From: Planctomycetales bacterium
GTDB taxonomy: Bacteria; 4484-113
Assembly: GCA_037441675.1 (NCBI GenBank)
Contig: JBBIRS010000002.1
Span: 71,249-135,248 of the forward strand
DNA length: 64,000 nucleotides
Direction: 5' to 3'
Position numbers and translations under genes: made by a program. Of the stretch, positions 1 to 10,700 are shown piece after piece. Within the stretch, counting starts at the first letter, position 1; every line of letters starts with the position of its first letter. Below the pieces are notes generated by a model. The model ran no database searches. It was given only the letters and a program-made list of their open reading frames with translations, and was not told the origin of the DNA.

Positions 1-385
1 CATAATAACCTTTGGTATTCTTTCTTCTCTTAGAAAGTTTCTCAAGAATATGGCTCACTCTAATACTGTAAACCATACCCATATCCGCGACAAATCTTAG
101 GTGTGGAATTTTTCTCAATGAAAGCCTAACACCAAGCTCTCGGCGTAGATAATTTACCGCTGAGTTGAGCGCTAAAAGAGCGCTGTCTGTTATATCCGCC
201 TCCTCATGTCGAGCGCGAATGTAAACTACCGCACTAGAGTTATCCCTTGACAGCTTAACCTCCGAGATTACTACCCCAAAACATCGGGGATCTTTTACGT
301 CTTCATTAATAAGCGTGCTTATCTCAGTCAACAGTAAAGCCTCGAGCCTCTTTCGTCTTAACTCTTTCTTTTCGAGAGGAAGCAT
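1..385 (-). CDS. rbfA: Ribosome-binding factor A (runs off the window edge)
   Basis: Not in the ORF track. Manual translation from ATG at 385 gives MLPLEKKELRRKRLEALLLTEISTLINEDVKDPRCFGVVISEVKLSRDNSSAVVYI...LRRELGVRLSLRKIPHLRFVAD, matching RbfA motifs KDPR and RxxPxLxFxxD. Confidence 0.9.
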   Translation of the reverse strand, partial: MLPLEKKELRRKRLEALLLTEISTLINEDVKDPRCFGVVISEVKLSRDNSSAVVYIRARHEEADITDSALLALNSAVNYLRRELGVRLSLRKIPHLRFVADMGMVYSIRVSHILEKLSKRRKNTKGYY

Positions 386-423
386 TTGATTACTATCCTA
401 TATATCCCATTTGCAATAAGAAA

Positions 424-780
424 TTATGAGTTCTCTTCTATATTCGTAAGACCTTTTATAGAGAACGTCCCGTTTCGCTCTTCAACGTACTGTTCAATTC
501 TTATCTTTGCGGATTGTAGAAATTGAAAGCAATCCTTTATTAAACTAATGCCCTCTTCAAATTTAGTAAGCAAAGTTTCAAGCTCAATATCCTCGCGCTC
601 AATCTCTTGCACGATAGACTGAAGACGCTTGTAGCTCTCCTCAAAGCTGGGTTTACCAGACTGCTTCTTCTTCACGGCTCGGCTACTCTTTCCACGTTTA
701 ACGCTACCAGGTGGAGAAGCAGGTTCGGTATTCCCACCTAAACTCTCATCAGTTTTTTCCTCAAAAAGCTTTTCCGGCAT
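424..780 (-). CDS. xseB: Exodeoxyribonuclease VII small subunit with a low-complexity N-terminal extension
   Basis: SFEESYKRLQSIVQEIEREDIELETLLTKFEEGISLIKDCFQFLQSAK is the XseB pattern. Confidence 0.85.
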   Translation of the reverse strand: MPEKLFEEKTDESLGGNTEPASPPGSVKRGKSSRAVKKKQSGKPSFEESYKRLQSIVQEIEREDIELETLLTKFEEGISLIKDCFQFLQSAKIRIEQYVEERNGTFSIKGLTNIEENS

Positions 781-1053
781 ATCGCAAATTTTACCACTGG
801 TTATCCTTCTATTTCTTTGATTCCTTCTACTTTTGATGAATCACGCTATTAATCCTTTCAAGCCGTTATTGCTATCTAAGTTGCAATACTACGATCTTTC
901 AGAAGAATATTATATTTCATAGCAAAGATTACTACCATGAGATAACCTTAACTTTTACACTGAGGTACAATCGTTAACTCGTTAGCGTCTATCGCTTACA
1001 GTATTGTATTCAGCCAATCTAGGCATTGAATAAGCAGGTTGTAGGCAATTTCT

Positions 1054-2307
1054 CTACTTAGACACGACTCTTTCAATCGGCACAACAGCAAGAATATTTG
1101 CAACTGCTCTTGGAACACCACTACTAGGTTTGTTTACAACTTGCCCTTGGATGAACATTGTAGAACTTCCACCGCCATCAAAACCCATCAAATTTTTTAG
1201 ATTGAGAAGTTCAATCCCAACTTGTGTCAACTGTTCCCAAGTAGCCCCTGATGAATAGGACTTGTTACCCTTATCTACCACTATAAGAACAATCTTGCCG
1301 TCCATTGTCTCTCCAACCGCTGTCCGAGCATGAGCTCTGTTCATAAAGGAAGAAAATTTCTCGTCTTTGTAATTCAGAACCGACTTGCCATCCTTTATAA
1401 GCATAGGACCTCCGCCTAAAAGGTGTGGATATTTCTCCCATCCATCTGGTAGTTGAGTGACAATCTCCACCTCATCTCCTCGGGCAAGGGAGGATAAATC
1501 TTTTTGAATATCCTTTAGTTTGCTCGCATGAAAGGATATTACTAAGCCATCTTCAGGAATTGGGCTATTATTTAACTCTTCCGTTTCAATCACATATTTC
1601 TCACCGAGAAGATTCATCTCGCCCTTTGAGAGGATATAGGGGGAGACACGCCTTAAAATTAACTCTTTCCCCCAAATATTTGTTTTTGTTCTACGCCCAA
1701 ACTCCTTAGTGTAAGCAATAACCTCGCCGCTCTTTCTAGCACGGTTGTAGCCGTTTAATGGAATTGTCAACCCGATTCTACTAATTTTTATATACGAACG
1801 AAGAGAGAATAGTTCAAAATGCACCTTACCATCAACGCTTATACTAAGAACTGGGCGAGGAAGAAACTGCTCAAAAACAGTTGTATAGTTTATCTTTATA
1901 AGCCCAACAGGAAGATGTGCCCCCTGAGTGTCAAAAAAGCCACCGTTTATTGCTGCAATAGCTGATGCCCTTTTTGCTAGACTGTCCACTGGCGCTAACG
2001 TGCCGATGGTGTCATTTGCGATTATTGGGCGCAGTGAGTAACCCTTATTTGGATTTACCTCAAGAACATAGATATGAACTAGGCCGGTATTGAATCTTAG
2101 CCGAAAGTGGTAATAGCTAATCCCACTGTTCACAAGCCGTGTCCACTGCTGTTCCAGTTTCCAGGCTTGAGCGGACTTTTCAAAAGTAAAAACACCCAGA
2201 CAAAAGACGATTAAGAAAGTATATAGATTTATGCAGAACCTTTTGAGGTTGAATCTTGATGCATTTTGCGTGCTCATATTCTTAAAACTAGAGTTCACCT
2301 TGCCCAT
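1054..2307 (-). CDS. Exported phosphodiester glycosidase (NAGPA-like) family protein
   Basis: Signal peptide-like N-terminus; AAINGGFF, GGGPML, ARTAVG and FDGGGSS motifs. Confidence 0.85.
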   Translation of the reverse strand: MGKVNSSFKNMSTQNASRFNLKRFCINLYTFLIVFCLGVFTFEKSAQAWKLEQQWTRLVNSGISYYHFRLRFNTGLVHIYVLEVNPNKGYSLRPIIANDTIGTLAPVDSLAKRASAIAAINGGFFDTQGAHLPVGLIKINYTTVFEQFLPRPVLSISVDGKVHFELFSLRSYIKISRIGLTIPLNGYNRARKSGEVIAYTKEFGRRTKTNIWGKELILRRVSPYILSKGEMNLLGEKYVIETEELNNSPIPEDGLVISFHASKLKDIQKDLSSLARGDEVEIVTQLPDGWEKYPHLLGGGPMLIKDGKSVLNYKDEKFSSFMNRAHARTAVGETMDGKIVLIVVDKGNKSYSSGATWEQLTQVGIELLNLKNLMGFDGGGSSTMFIQGQVVNKPSSGVPRAVANILAVVPIERVVSK

Positions 2308-2385
2308 AATTTTAATTTAACACGCAAGGTAAGAGTAATATGATAAAATAGATTAGCTGAACTATTACTTTTAGGAGATCATTGA

Positions 2386-3417
2386 ATGTCGGAAAGTATT
2401 GACAGGGAAAAGGCGCTAGATCAAGCCACGAAGCAAATAGAGAAACAGTTTGGAAAGGGAGCGATAATGAGGCTAGGGCAGGCACCAACCAGGGCCGAGG
2501 CAGGAGTAATACCCACGGGTTCTCTTGGACTAGATATTGCACTTGGTATTGGCGGGATACCAAGGGGTAGGGTATCCGAGATTTTTGGCCCTGAAGCTTC
2601 TGGAAAAACGACAATTGGGCTTCATATAATTGCTTCAGCGCACAAGGCTGGCGGTTATGCTGCAATTATTGACGCGGAACATGCGGTTGACCCCCAGTAC
2701 GCTCAGGCACTTGGAGTTAACATTGAAGACCTTTGGATTAGCCAGCCTGATAATGGAGAACAAGCGCTTGAAATTGCAGAAACTCTGGTTCGGTCGGGCG
2801 CGGTTGACGTTGTCGTGGTTGATTCAGTTGCGGCTCTTGTTCCCCGTGCCGAACTTGAGGGGGAAATGGGAGATTCTCATATGGGGCTACAGGCTCGCTT
2901 AATGAGCCAAGCCCTACGCAAATTGACTGGCATTGTCGCTAAATCAAAAACTGCTCTTGTATTCATAAACCAAATTAGAGAGAAAATTGGGGTTCTCTTT
3001 GGCAATCCAGAGACAACCCCAGGAGGTAGAGCTTTGAAATTCTATGCATCCGTGCGCATTGAAGTGCGACGGAATGATACGCTGAAAGATGGAAACGAGA
3101 TTATTGGACATTCCGTAACCGCCAAAGTTGTGAAGAATAAACTTGCTCCACCTTTCAGGCGTGCGACCTTTGACATCTTGTTTGGAAAGGGCATCAGTAA
3201 AAGTGGGGAACTCCTTGATCTTGGTGTAGAACTTGGAATTGTTTCCAAGACTGGTTCTTGGTATACATTTGGTGACGTTAAACTTGGACAAGGTAAAGAA
3301 GCGGTAAGGCTTCTCTTGGAGAATGACCCTAAAATTACCGCAAAAATTGAAGAACGAATTGTTGCCTCTGCTAAACCTTCTATAATCTCAAGTATTAAAG
3401 GTAACCAGGCGCTATGA
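2386..3417 (+). CDS. recA: Recombinase RecA
   Basis: [10 protein letters not shown]-loop, [38 protein letters not shown] upstream. Confidence 0.99.
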   Translation: MSESIDREKALDQATKQIEKQFGKGAIMRLGQAPTRAEAGVIPTGSLGLDIALGIGGIPRGRVSEIFGPEASGKTTIGLHIIASAHKAGGYAAIIDAEHAVDPQYAQALGVNIEDLWISQPDNGEQALEIAETLVRSGAVDVVVVDSVAALVPRAELEGEMGDSHMGLQARLMSQALRKLTGIVAKSKTALVFINQIREKIGVLFGNPETTPGGRALKFYASVRIEVRRNDTLKDGNEIIGHSVTAKVVKNKLAPPFRRATFDILFGKGISKSGELLDLGVELGIVSKTGSWYTFGDVKLGQGKEAVRLLLENDPKITAKIEERIVASAKPSIISSIKGNQAL

Positions 3418-3546
3418 AAGAGATTAGTCCTGGTTCATAGGGTTAGATATTTAGCAAGCGTCAAGTAGTCCTCACCTAGTGTGTGCCCCCCTCTATGCCC
3501 TTTCTTCTCAGAAATCATTCCCAACCTAGAAGTGAGGTGAACTGAA

Positions 3547-5085
3547 GTGGAACCACTTATTACGATTGTAGCTATTCTAATCAGCCTCGTAGTTGGTTTG
3601 GCAGTGGGATACGCGATTGTTCCTTTAATCTATACAAAGAGAATAGACCAACTGCGAGAAGAGCTTAGAAAGATTAAAGAGGAGGAGTTTGATAAGAGTG
3701 AGAAAGAGGCACAGGCAATTGTCGAATCTGCCAAGGCGGAAGCTTCCGCACTATTGCGGGAGACTGAACGCTCCCTTAGAGAGCGCCAAAGGGAGTTAGA
3801 GAGGCGCGAAAAGGCCATTTTCCGTATGGAAGAGAAGATTAGCCAAAGACTAGATAGCATTGAACGCAAACAGACAGAAATTGACAAGCTAAAGTCAGCT
3901 CTTACTGCGAAAGAAGCTGAGCTTGAGATGAGCGCGCAAAGGATAAATGAAGAGATAGCAAAACTTGCATCCCTGAGTACCGAAGAAGCTAAAGAGTTAC
4001 TGCTAAAAAGAGTTGAGGAAGAAATGGAGTATGAGCTTGACAAGAAAAGACGGGAGATAGCTGTGCGAATGGAACAAGAAGCACAGGCTCACGCCCGCAG
4101 ACTCATCGTAAATGCTCTTTCTCGCTGTAGTGTAGACCATTACTCCGACGCCATCATCACCACCGTTGATATCAAGAAGGAGGATATGAAGGGAAGGATT
4201 ATCGGCAGAGAAGGTAGAAACATAAGAACCCTAGAGCAACTTACAGGCGTAGACGTAATAATTGACGATACACCAAACGTAGTTGTGCTTTCAAGCTTTG
4301 ACCCAATACGAAGAGAAGTCGCGAGAATTACCCTAGAGCGATTGATAACCGATGGGAGGATACACCCTGCGAAGATTGAGGAGATGGTGGAAAAGGCTCG
4401 CGAGGAGATAAATGAGATTATCTGGCAAGCGGGACAGGAAGCAGCTTTTAAGACTGGAATTGCCGGATTACATCCCGAGCTCATAAGGCTTTTGGGGAGG
4501 CTAAAATTTAGAACTAGCTTCGGTCAAAATATCTTGGACCACTCTGTTGAAGTTGCACATATCGCTAGCGCCATCGCTTCCGAATTGGGCATTGATCCAA
4601 AGAACGCAAAGAGAGGCGGACTTCTGCACGATATTGGAAAAGCAGTGGATTCTGAAACTGAAGGAACCCATCAAGCAATTGGGATGGAACTCGCTAAAAA
4701 GTATGGCGAAAATGCCATTGTCTGTAACGCTATCGGCGCCCATCATGGCGATATAGAGCAAACATTAGAAGCAGCTATCATTCAAGTTGCAGACGCAATA
4801 TCAGCCAGCAGACCAGGAGCCAGAGGTGAAGCTCTTGAAACCTACCTTAAGCGGTTGGAAAAACTTGAAGCAATTGGCTCCTCTTTTCCCGGTGTTGATA
4901 AGTGCTATGCCATCCAGGCGGGAAGAGAGCTAAGAGTGTTTGTTAAACCTGAAGTGGTTGACGATGTGGTTGCCTTCTCCCTCTGCCGGAAAATTACTAA
5001 ATGCGTTCAGGATGAACTTGATTATCCAGGAATGATTAAAGTTACAGTTATCCGAGAGCTTAGAGAATCTGAATTTGCTAAATAG
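3547..5085 (+). CDS. rny: Ribonuclease Y
   Basis: N-terminal TM helix, coiled coil, KH domain (KGRIIGREGRNIR), HD domain (LLHDIGK), ASRPGAR; canonical position after recA. Confidence 0.98.
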   Translation: MEPLITIVAILISLVVGLAVGYAIVPLIYTKRIDQLREELRKIKEEEFDKSEKEAQAIVESAKAEASALLRETERSLRERQRELERREKAIFRMEEKISQRLDSIERKQTEIDKLKSALTAKEAELEMSAQRINEEIAKLASLSTEEAKELLLKRVEEEMEYELDKKRREIAVRMEQEAQAHARRLIVNALSRCSVDHYSDAIITTVDIKKEDMKGRIIGREGRNIRTLEQLTGVDVIIDDTPNVVVLSSFDPIRREVARITLERLITDGRIHPAKIEEMVEKAREEINEIIWQAGQEAAFKTGIAGLHPELIRLLGRLKFRTSFGQNILDHSVEVAHIASAIASELGIDPKNAKRGGLLHDIGKAVDSETEGTHQAIGMELAKKYGENAIVCNAIGAHHGDIEQTLEAAIIQVADAISASRPGARGEALETYLKRLEKLEAIGSSFPGVDKCYAIQAGRELRVFVKPEVVDDVVAFSLCRKITKCVQDELDYPGMIKVTVIRELRESEFAK

Positions 5086-5177
5086 GTTAGGCAATGTAGT
5101 AAATTAGAATCACTTTAAGATAATTTTACATATCTTATGCTAGCTGCTTCGTTTCGATAAATTTCAGTAGCATAAGG

Positions 5178-5486
5178 GTGAAAATGAGTAGAAGGCAGTT
5201 TGTAATTGTTATTTTAGTCCTAATACTAGGACTTATACTAAATAGATGCGAATCGTTTCAAGTTGCTAGAGATAGCTTGTGGAAAATCACTAGGAGCTAC
5301 ACCAATCTGGGTGATGATAAATCTATCACAAGTCATCAATTCTCTCTAATCCTCAACCTTAATTCATTTTACAATTCAAAGGAAATATTTGATGCTCAAA
5401 TGGGAAACTATATTCGGATACTCAAGCACTGCATAATGAAAAATGAGCAACATATCCTAACTCGCGGATTCAGTTTAAGTTCATAA
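5178..5486 (+). CDS. Hypothetical protein with a signal-peptide-like N-terminus (uncertain, possibly a remnant)
   Basis: Only ORF filling the gap; hydrophobic N-terminus but no recognisable domain. Confidence 0.3.
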   Translation: MKMSRRQFVIVILVLILGLILNRCESFQVARDSLWKITRSYTNLGDDKSITSHQFSLILNLNSFYNSKEIFDAQMGNYIRILKHCIMKNEQHILTRGFSLSS

Positions 5487-5500
5487 TTTCCAATCAGGAG

Positions 5501-5965
5501 TTGAAAGGATTGGCTGAAAGAACTCTAGGTATAATTTTGATAATCCTAGGACTTACACTGCTTGGTGGGCAATTGCTCGGTTCAATTGCAATTCCTTTGC
5601 TCTTCTGGCCGGTTCTCCTCATCGCATGGGGACTTGGGAAAATCAGGAAAAAATCATATTACTTTGGATATGGGCTAGTAATAGTTGGGATTATCCTTTT
5701 ATTGGATAACATTCTTCCAAACCAACTGTTTCAAGATTTAGGCAAATGGTGGCCTACTTTACTTATCATCCTTGGCATTTTCATTATCCTTAGGACACTT
5801 GAACCTGAAACCGTTCATGAAGCTAAGAAAACATCTGAGAGCCAAAAAGAGGAAACGCAATTTGCAACCTCTAGAGTATCAAACTCCCATAAAACTTCTA
5901 ACGAAGCAAGGGAGACCGATAACAAAGGCTTTACCGCTAAAGAGGAAAAAAATGGAGGAAGATGA
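5501..5965 (+). CDS. LiaF/LiaI-like (DUF5668-type) membrane protein
   Basis: Four short TM helices with repeated WPxLLIxxG motifs (FWPVLLIAWG, WWPTLLIILG) and a charged tail. Confidence 0.7.
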   Translation: MKGLAERTLGIILIILGLTLLGGQLLGSIAIPLLFWPVLLIAWGLGKIRKKSYYFGYGLVIVGIILLLDNILPNQLFQDLGKWWPTLLIILGIFIILRTLEPETVHEAKKTSESQKEETQFATSRVSNSHKTSNEARETDNKGFTAKEEKNGGR

Positions 5966-6650
5966 GAGTGCCCAAAAATTCACCGTGAATATGGAGACTT
6001 CTCGGGTGAAGACAGAGGAATTTTCTCGGCTCATTGAGATACCCCCGGGAGTGTCCAAGTTAATAATTAACGTTGAAGCTATGGCATCCGCTCTTTCCAT
6101 CCTGCCAGCAAAAGGCAGTGGAATTGAGATAAAGAGCGAATCTCTCTTGGGTGAATCATCCGTAGAGCTTCAAGAAAAGGAAGCTAACGGTGTGAAAATA
6201 TTAACCGTAGATATTACTTCTAAATTTTTGGGCACTAAGTCTTTCCCGCTATCAATTGGCAAATGGCACATTGGCATACCTGTCTCTTTGCAGGTTGAAT
6301 TAAACCTAATAGCCAACGCCTCAAAATTCAGGTTGAATTGTGAAGAACTTAGACTTACCAAGCTCGCATTAACGAACTCAGCTTCTTTTATGGAGGTTTT
6401 ACTAGGCGATAACGAATCTCTTGTGGAAGTGAATGTTAACAATAGTGCCGGAAAGATAGTTTTATCTGTTCCAAGACAATTGGGAATAGAGTTTAGGTTA
6501 ACAAATAACCTAGGAAGCCATAACCTAAAAGATGTAGGATTACAGCAGACTGATAACAGGTTTTTTACCGAAAACATTATAGCCGCAGAAAAGAAAATAC
6601 TAGTGAATTTAGAGAATAACGTGGCAAATTTTGAGCTTAGATACAGCTAG
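5952..6650 (+). CDS. LiaG/DUF4097-like beta-strand-repeat protein (probable start ATG 5952, not 5772)
   Basis: ATG 5952 overlaps the end of the upstream gene; repeated beta strands (LNLIANASKFRLN, VNVNNSAGKIVLSVP) are paralogous to the C-terminal part of 6673..7644. Confidence 0.65.
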   Translation: MEEDESAQKFTVNMETSRVKTEEFSRLIEIPPGVSKLIINVEAMASALSILPAKGSGIEIKSESLLGESSVELQEKEANGVKILTVDITSKFLGTKSFPLSIGKWHIGIPVSLQVELNLIANASKFRLNCEELRLTKLALTNSASFMEVLLGDNESLVEVNVNNSAGKIVLSVPRQLGIEFRLTNNLGSHNLKDVGLQQTDNRFFTENIIAAEKKILVNLENNVANFELRYS

Positions 6651-6672
6651 TATCTTTTAGCAAGCTTGAGAG

Positions 6673-7644
6673 GTGAAAAACAAAATGAGCGACAGGATAA
6701 AGGGAAATGTCAATAATCTTCTTTGGGGAACGGCACTCATACTCCTTGGTTTAACTGCCCTCGGAGTAAATCTTGGCTATATTGAAAGTGATGTTTGGGG
6801 GGATCTATTAGAACTGTGGCCTGTTCTATTGATTATCCTTGGATTTAATATAATCATAAAGCAAACAATCTTTGAAGGTTTAGCCTATTTAACGCCTGTA
6901 CTTCTCATTCTAACGTTTGCCTATGCGATATACTCCTCAATGGGGGATATGCCTTCTCCACCCTATCGCGGGATTATCAGAAGTGAAGACCGATGGCATA
7001 GAGGGGAGCAGGACCAGCAAATCTATAGCTACGAAACCGAGATAGGTGAAGCTCAAGAGTTAATCCTTGTTTTAGATGTAGCTGGGGTGCATCTTGAGGT
7101 AGATAGCGATGAAGAGAGTTCAAGTGTAAGAGTTGAAGTTAAGAGCGCCCGTTGGAAACCCGAAATTACTTTTGAAAAAGAGGACGGCGCACTAAGGGTG
7201 GTGGGAAATTCTTCCACTTTTCGCTTGAATTTTAAGCGAATTAAAGAAGAGTGGATGATAAAACTTCCCTCGCAAGTGAAAACGATTATAGAGATTAATG
7301 GAGCGGTTGATAGCTTAAAGGCTAACCTAAGGGAGATTAATCTTACTAAGCTAAATGTTGACGGAGCAGTTTCCACAATGGATTTTTGGTTGCCTAAGCC
7401 TAGTAAGACAAATTCTGAAGTAGTAATTGCAGCCGCTGTTACAGATCTCAATATCTATGTTCCAAGTGACGCGCCACTTCAGGTTGTAACACAAGCCACT
7501 ATAAGCACATTTGATATTAGTCAAGTTGAGCTTACAAAGAGTAACGGTGTATGGCGAACGATAAACTTTGATGAAAATACTCCACATATCAACATTTCTT
7601 TGGAATCAGCTCTTAGCACTGTAAATATTAGAAGTTCAGATTAG
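6673..7644 (+). CDS. DUF5668-type membrane domain fused to a LiaG/DUF4097-like domain
   Basis: N-terminal WGTALILLG...LWPVLLIILG TM module followed by beta repeats (IEINGAVDSL, LNVDGAVSTM, VVIAAAVTDLNIYVP). Confidence 0.7.
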   Translation: MKNKMSDRIKGNVNNLLWGTALILLGLTALGVNLGYIESDVWGDLLELWPVLLIILGFNIIIKQTIFEGLAYLTPVLLILTFAYAIYSSMGDMPSPPYRGIIRSEDRWHRGEQDQQIYSYETEIGEAQELILVLDVAGVHLEVDSDEESSSVRVEVKSARWKPEITFEKEDGALRVVGNSSTFRLNFKRIKEEWMIKLPSQVKTIIEINGAVDSLKANLREINLTKLNVDGAVSTMDFWLPKPSKTNSEVVIAAAVTDLNIYVPSDAPLQVVTQATISTFDISQVELTKSNGVWRTINFDENTPHINISLESALSTVNIRSSD

Positions 7645-7708
7645 TCTTACGCTCCCTTCTATATACTTATCTCAACATTTAAGAAGAAATAAGCTCATTC
7701 GCAAGATT

Positions 7709-7717
7709 TGTTATAAT
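7709..7717 (+). promoter_or_regulatory. Putative extended -10 promoter (TGtTATAAT) for the TPR-J/grpE/dnaK cluster
   Basis: Perfect TGn-TATAAT about 30 nt upstream of ATG 7746. Confidence 0.5.
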
Positions 7718-7745
7718 TCAGGCTGAGATAGCTCTCATAACTGGT

Positions 7746-10700
7746 ATGAGCTTACTAAAGATATTTTCCGGCAAGACTAACGAGGAGCGACTGCTAAAGC
7801 GCGCGGAAATGATGCTTAACCGAGGTCGCCCAGGTGATGCCGAAAAGATTCTCTCCAGGTTGGCTAATAAATACGCAAATCCTCCCGCATCCGACGAGGA
7901 AAAGCTAGAACACGCCCATTACTATACCCTTTTAGGGAAGGCTTCTCTTCTCCAGAAGGAACAAGCGTCAATAAAGTACTGTTTAACAGCGAACTCCTAT
8001 AGAGCAAATGAGCCTCTCTTAAGAGAGTGTATCTCTTTAATTGAAAGTCAAGAACTTCTCACACCTGAAGCGACTGAACTTGTCCTTACTTTAAGCGAAC
8101 AGACAAGTGGGGAAAGAGGATTTTTACTCAACTACGCTAAAAGACTAGTTGCCAACAAGCGAACAAACCTTACGCCCTCCGAGCATGAGGTGGTGCTCTC
8201 CGCTACTAAGGCTTTTACACTTTGGAAAGGAGGTAGTGAGCTTCTAGCGGAGGAGTTTCTTAAGGCGGGCAGAAAGGATGCTGAAGCCATTTCTATCTAT
8301 AGGATTGCCTATCCACACAGAAAAGACGACGAAAAACTTGTTGAGATACTGCTTCAGCGTCTGGTAGAAACTGAAGAGAGAACGGATTTCTCCGCTCAAG
8401 TGTATCAGGATTATTTAGCGTCTGGCAAAGAGAATGATGACGCGCTTAGGCTACTTGTTGAGTATTACATAGATAAAAACGTGGTAACTCCGCAAAACAT
8501 AGCCCTAATTGAAAGCGCCATTCAGAAGAGAATCATTGATAAGGAACATATGGAGCTTCTCTCACTATACGTGCTAAGAACTAGGAAGGAATTCCTAGAC
8601 AAGAAAACGTTGCTTCTGAATATTTATAGAGCTGGTTATTACAACAAAAATGTTCTAGCCTTCTTGGCTATAGCCTTTGCGGAGGAGGGTAACTTTTCCG
8701 AAGAAGCACTACAAGCCTACGAAGACGCCCTGAAGAATAATTTGCTCACTAAGAGAATCACCCTGTTAATAGCGGAGCACTTCCTCAATGAGGGTAGAAA
8801 TGATGAATTTGCTTGTCGCGTTTACGAGCATTACCTCAGTTCATGGCCAGAAAGAAGGCAACCTCGTATCTATTTGCTTTTAGCTAAGAATTATATGCAG
8901 AAGAAGCGAACTGACGAACAGGCTCAAAGAATATACGAGGACGCCTTGGCGAATTTTCCTGAATTCACGGAGGTTCTTCCATATTTAGCCGCTAGCTATC
9001 TGACTTACGAGACGCGTCAACCTAAAGCCTTTACCATCTATGAAAGAGCATATCCCATTTTAGAAGATGAGTATATTAAACGGCAGATAGCGCTGATATT
9101 GGCGGAGCAAAGGATTGAAAACTCCAATTTTGATCGTAAAACCCTTGAATACATTGAGAATGCACTTCCCATAGCATCGGAAAGGAGAAGGGCTAACCTA
9201 ATAGATGCTAGAAATAAATGCTATCTTGCCCTTGAGAGAAAAGACCCACAAGCTTTGTCAATCTACCTGGAACTTTACATGAATAACCCTCAAGAAAGTG
9301 CGGAAAATCTCAGACTTGTGAGCATCCTATCCGACGCCCTCCTTGAAACTCCTGATGCGCTAGAGATTGATCCTGAGCTGAGAATGGAGATTCTTTACAG
9401 AAGATTTGAGCTGGAGAAGTTCAATTCACCCGCGAACGTTTCTCTCTACCTGCTCCAAGAAAGTCTACTCAACAGAGCCGATTATAAATACATCCTGCAT
9501 CTTGCGGTTAGATGCTTTGAAATTGACCCAGAGAAAACCGCCAACCTCCTGCACTCTGCAGGGAGAAGTGATCTCCTTAAAAAAGTTGGAACTTTCTTCC
9601 TAGAAAGATATAACTACTCACTCGCCTCCCAAGCCTTTTCCATTAGGAATCATTACGAACCATCGGAGGAGAATACATACCAGCTAGCAAAGATACTGCT
9701 GTACGAGGGTAAAACGAAGGAAGCACTTGAAATGCTAACCTCAATACGAGCTGAGGTCCTTGAACCAAGCGTGCTTTATTGGAAGGCTGCTGCTCTCCAG
9801 CAGGAAAACAAACCGAAGGAAGCTGCAAAATTATTAGCAAAGCTAAAGGAAAAGAGTGATTCTATACCGCAGTTCTTGCTTCTACTGCGTGAGGGAATTA
9901 ACGCTGAACTAGTAGGGGATTATCCAACTGCGATTGAAGCGTATCAGAAAGCTCTTTCGGATGAAAGAGCCAAGCCTATTCACAGGTGGCTAGAAATTGA
10001 AATTGGTCTAGCTTACTTTCGAAACGGCGAATTGGAAAAGGCGAAGGCTTTCCTTGAGCGAATATACAGGGCTAACCCAAATGGGCGAGCTGAACAACGA
10101 AACTACTCTTATGTTCTTTTTCACTACGCTTACCAATTGATGCTCAATAATGACTGGGAGAAGGCATTGTCTACCGTTCTTGAATGCGTTGAGCTTAATA
10201 GGAGTGACAGATTATTAAGATCAGTTGCGGTGGAGCTTCTCTTAAACTTCGCCAATCGCTTCTTTTTTAATGGAGAATACAATACTGTAACTAAAATCCT
10301 TGAAACTGCACATCAAATTCTTCCTCGGGATGTAAACGTAAAGATTTATCTTGCCTATTCTTATCATCTATTGCACAACTACGAGCGCGCTTTAATCTAT
10401 TATCGTGATATCACTTGGAGTGAAGAGGCACCCATGCTAGAGCGTTCCCAGGCGTACTGCTATCTGGCAAACAAGCTTTATTCAAAGGCTTGGAAAGTTT
10501 TTCTTGATTTGAAGAAAAAGGGGTTGATGGCTCCTGAGGATGTTCCACTCTTAATGTACTCGTTTCTTCAGGATGCAGAGGCAAATGGCAATAAGGCTTT
10601 TCAAGGAATTGATTTCCCCGAGGAGGAAAAAGCGCCGGTTCTCTTTAGCGCTTTTTATATCCACGATGGACTTTACGACCGAGCTCTTTCCCTATTGGGC

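Noticed and set aside
994..1047. Imperfect long hairpin downstream of the NAGPA-like gene
   Set aside because: Multiple bulges, no U-tract and no recognisable RNA family; cannot be called.
3418..3546. 6S RNA upstream of rny
   Set aside because: The gap is only about 130 bp and no long closing stem with a central bubble is visible.
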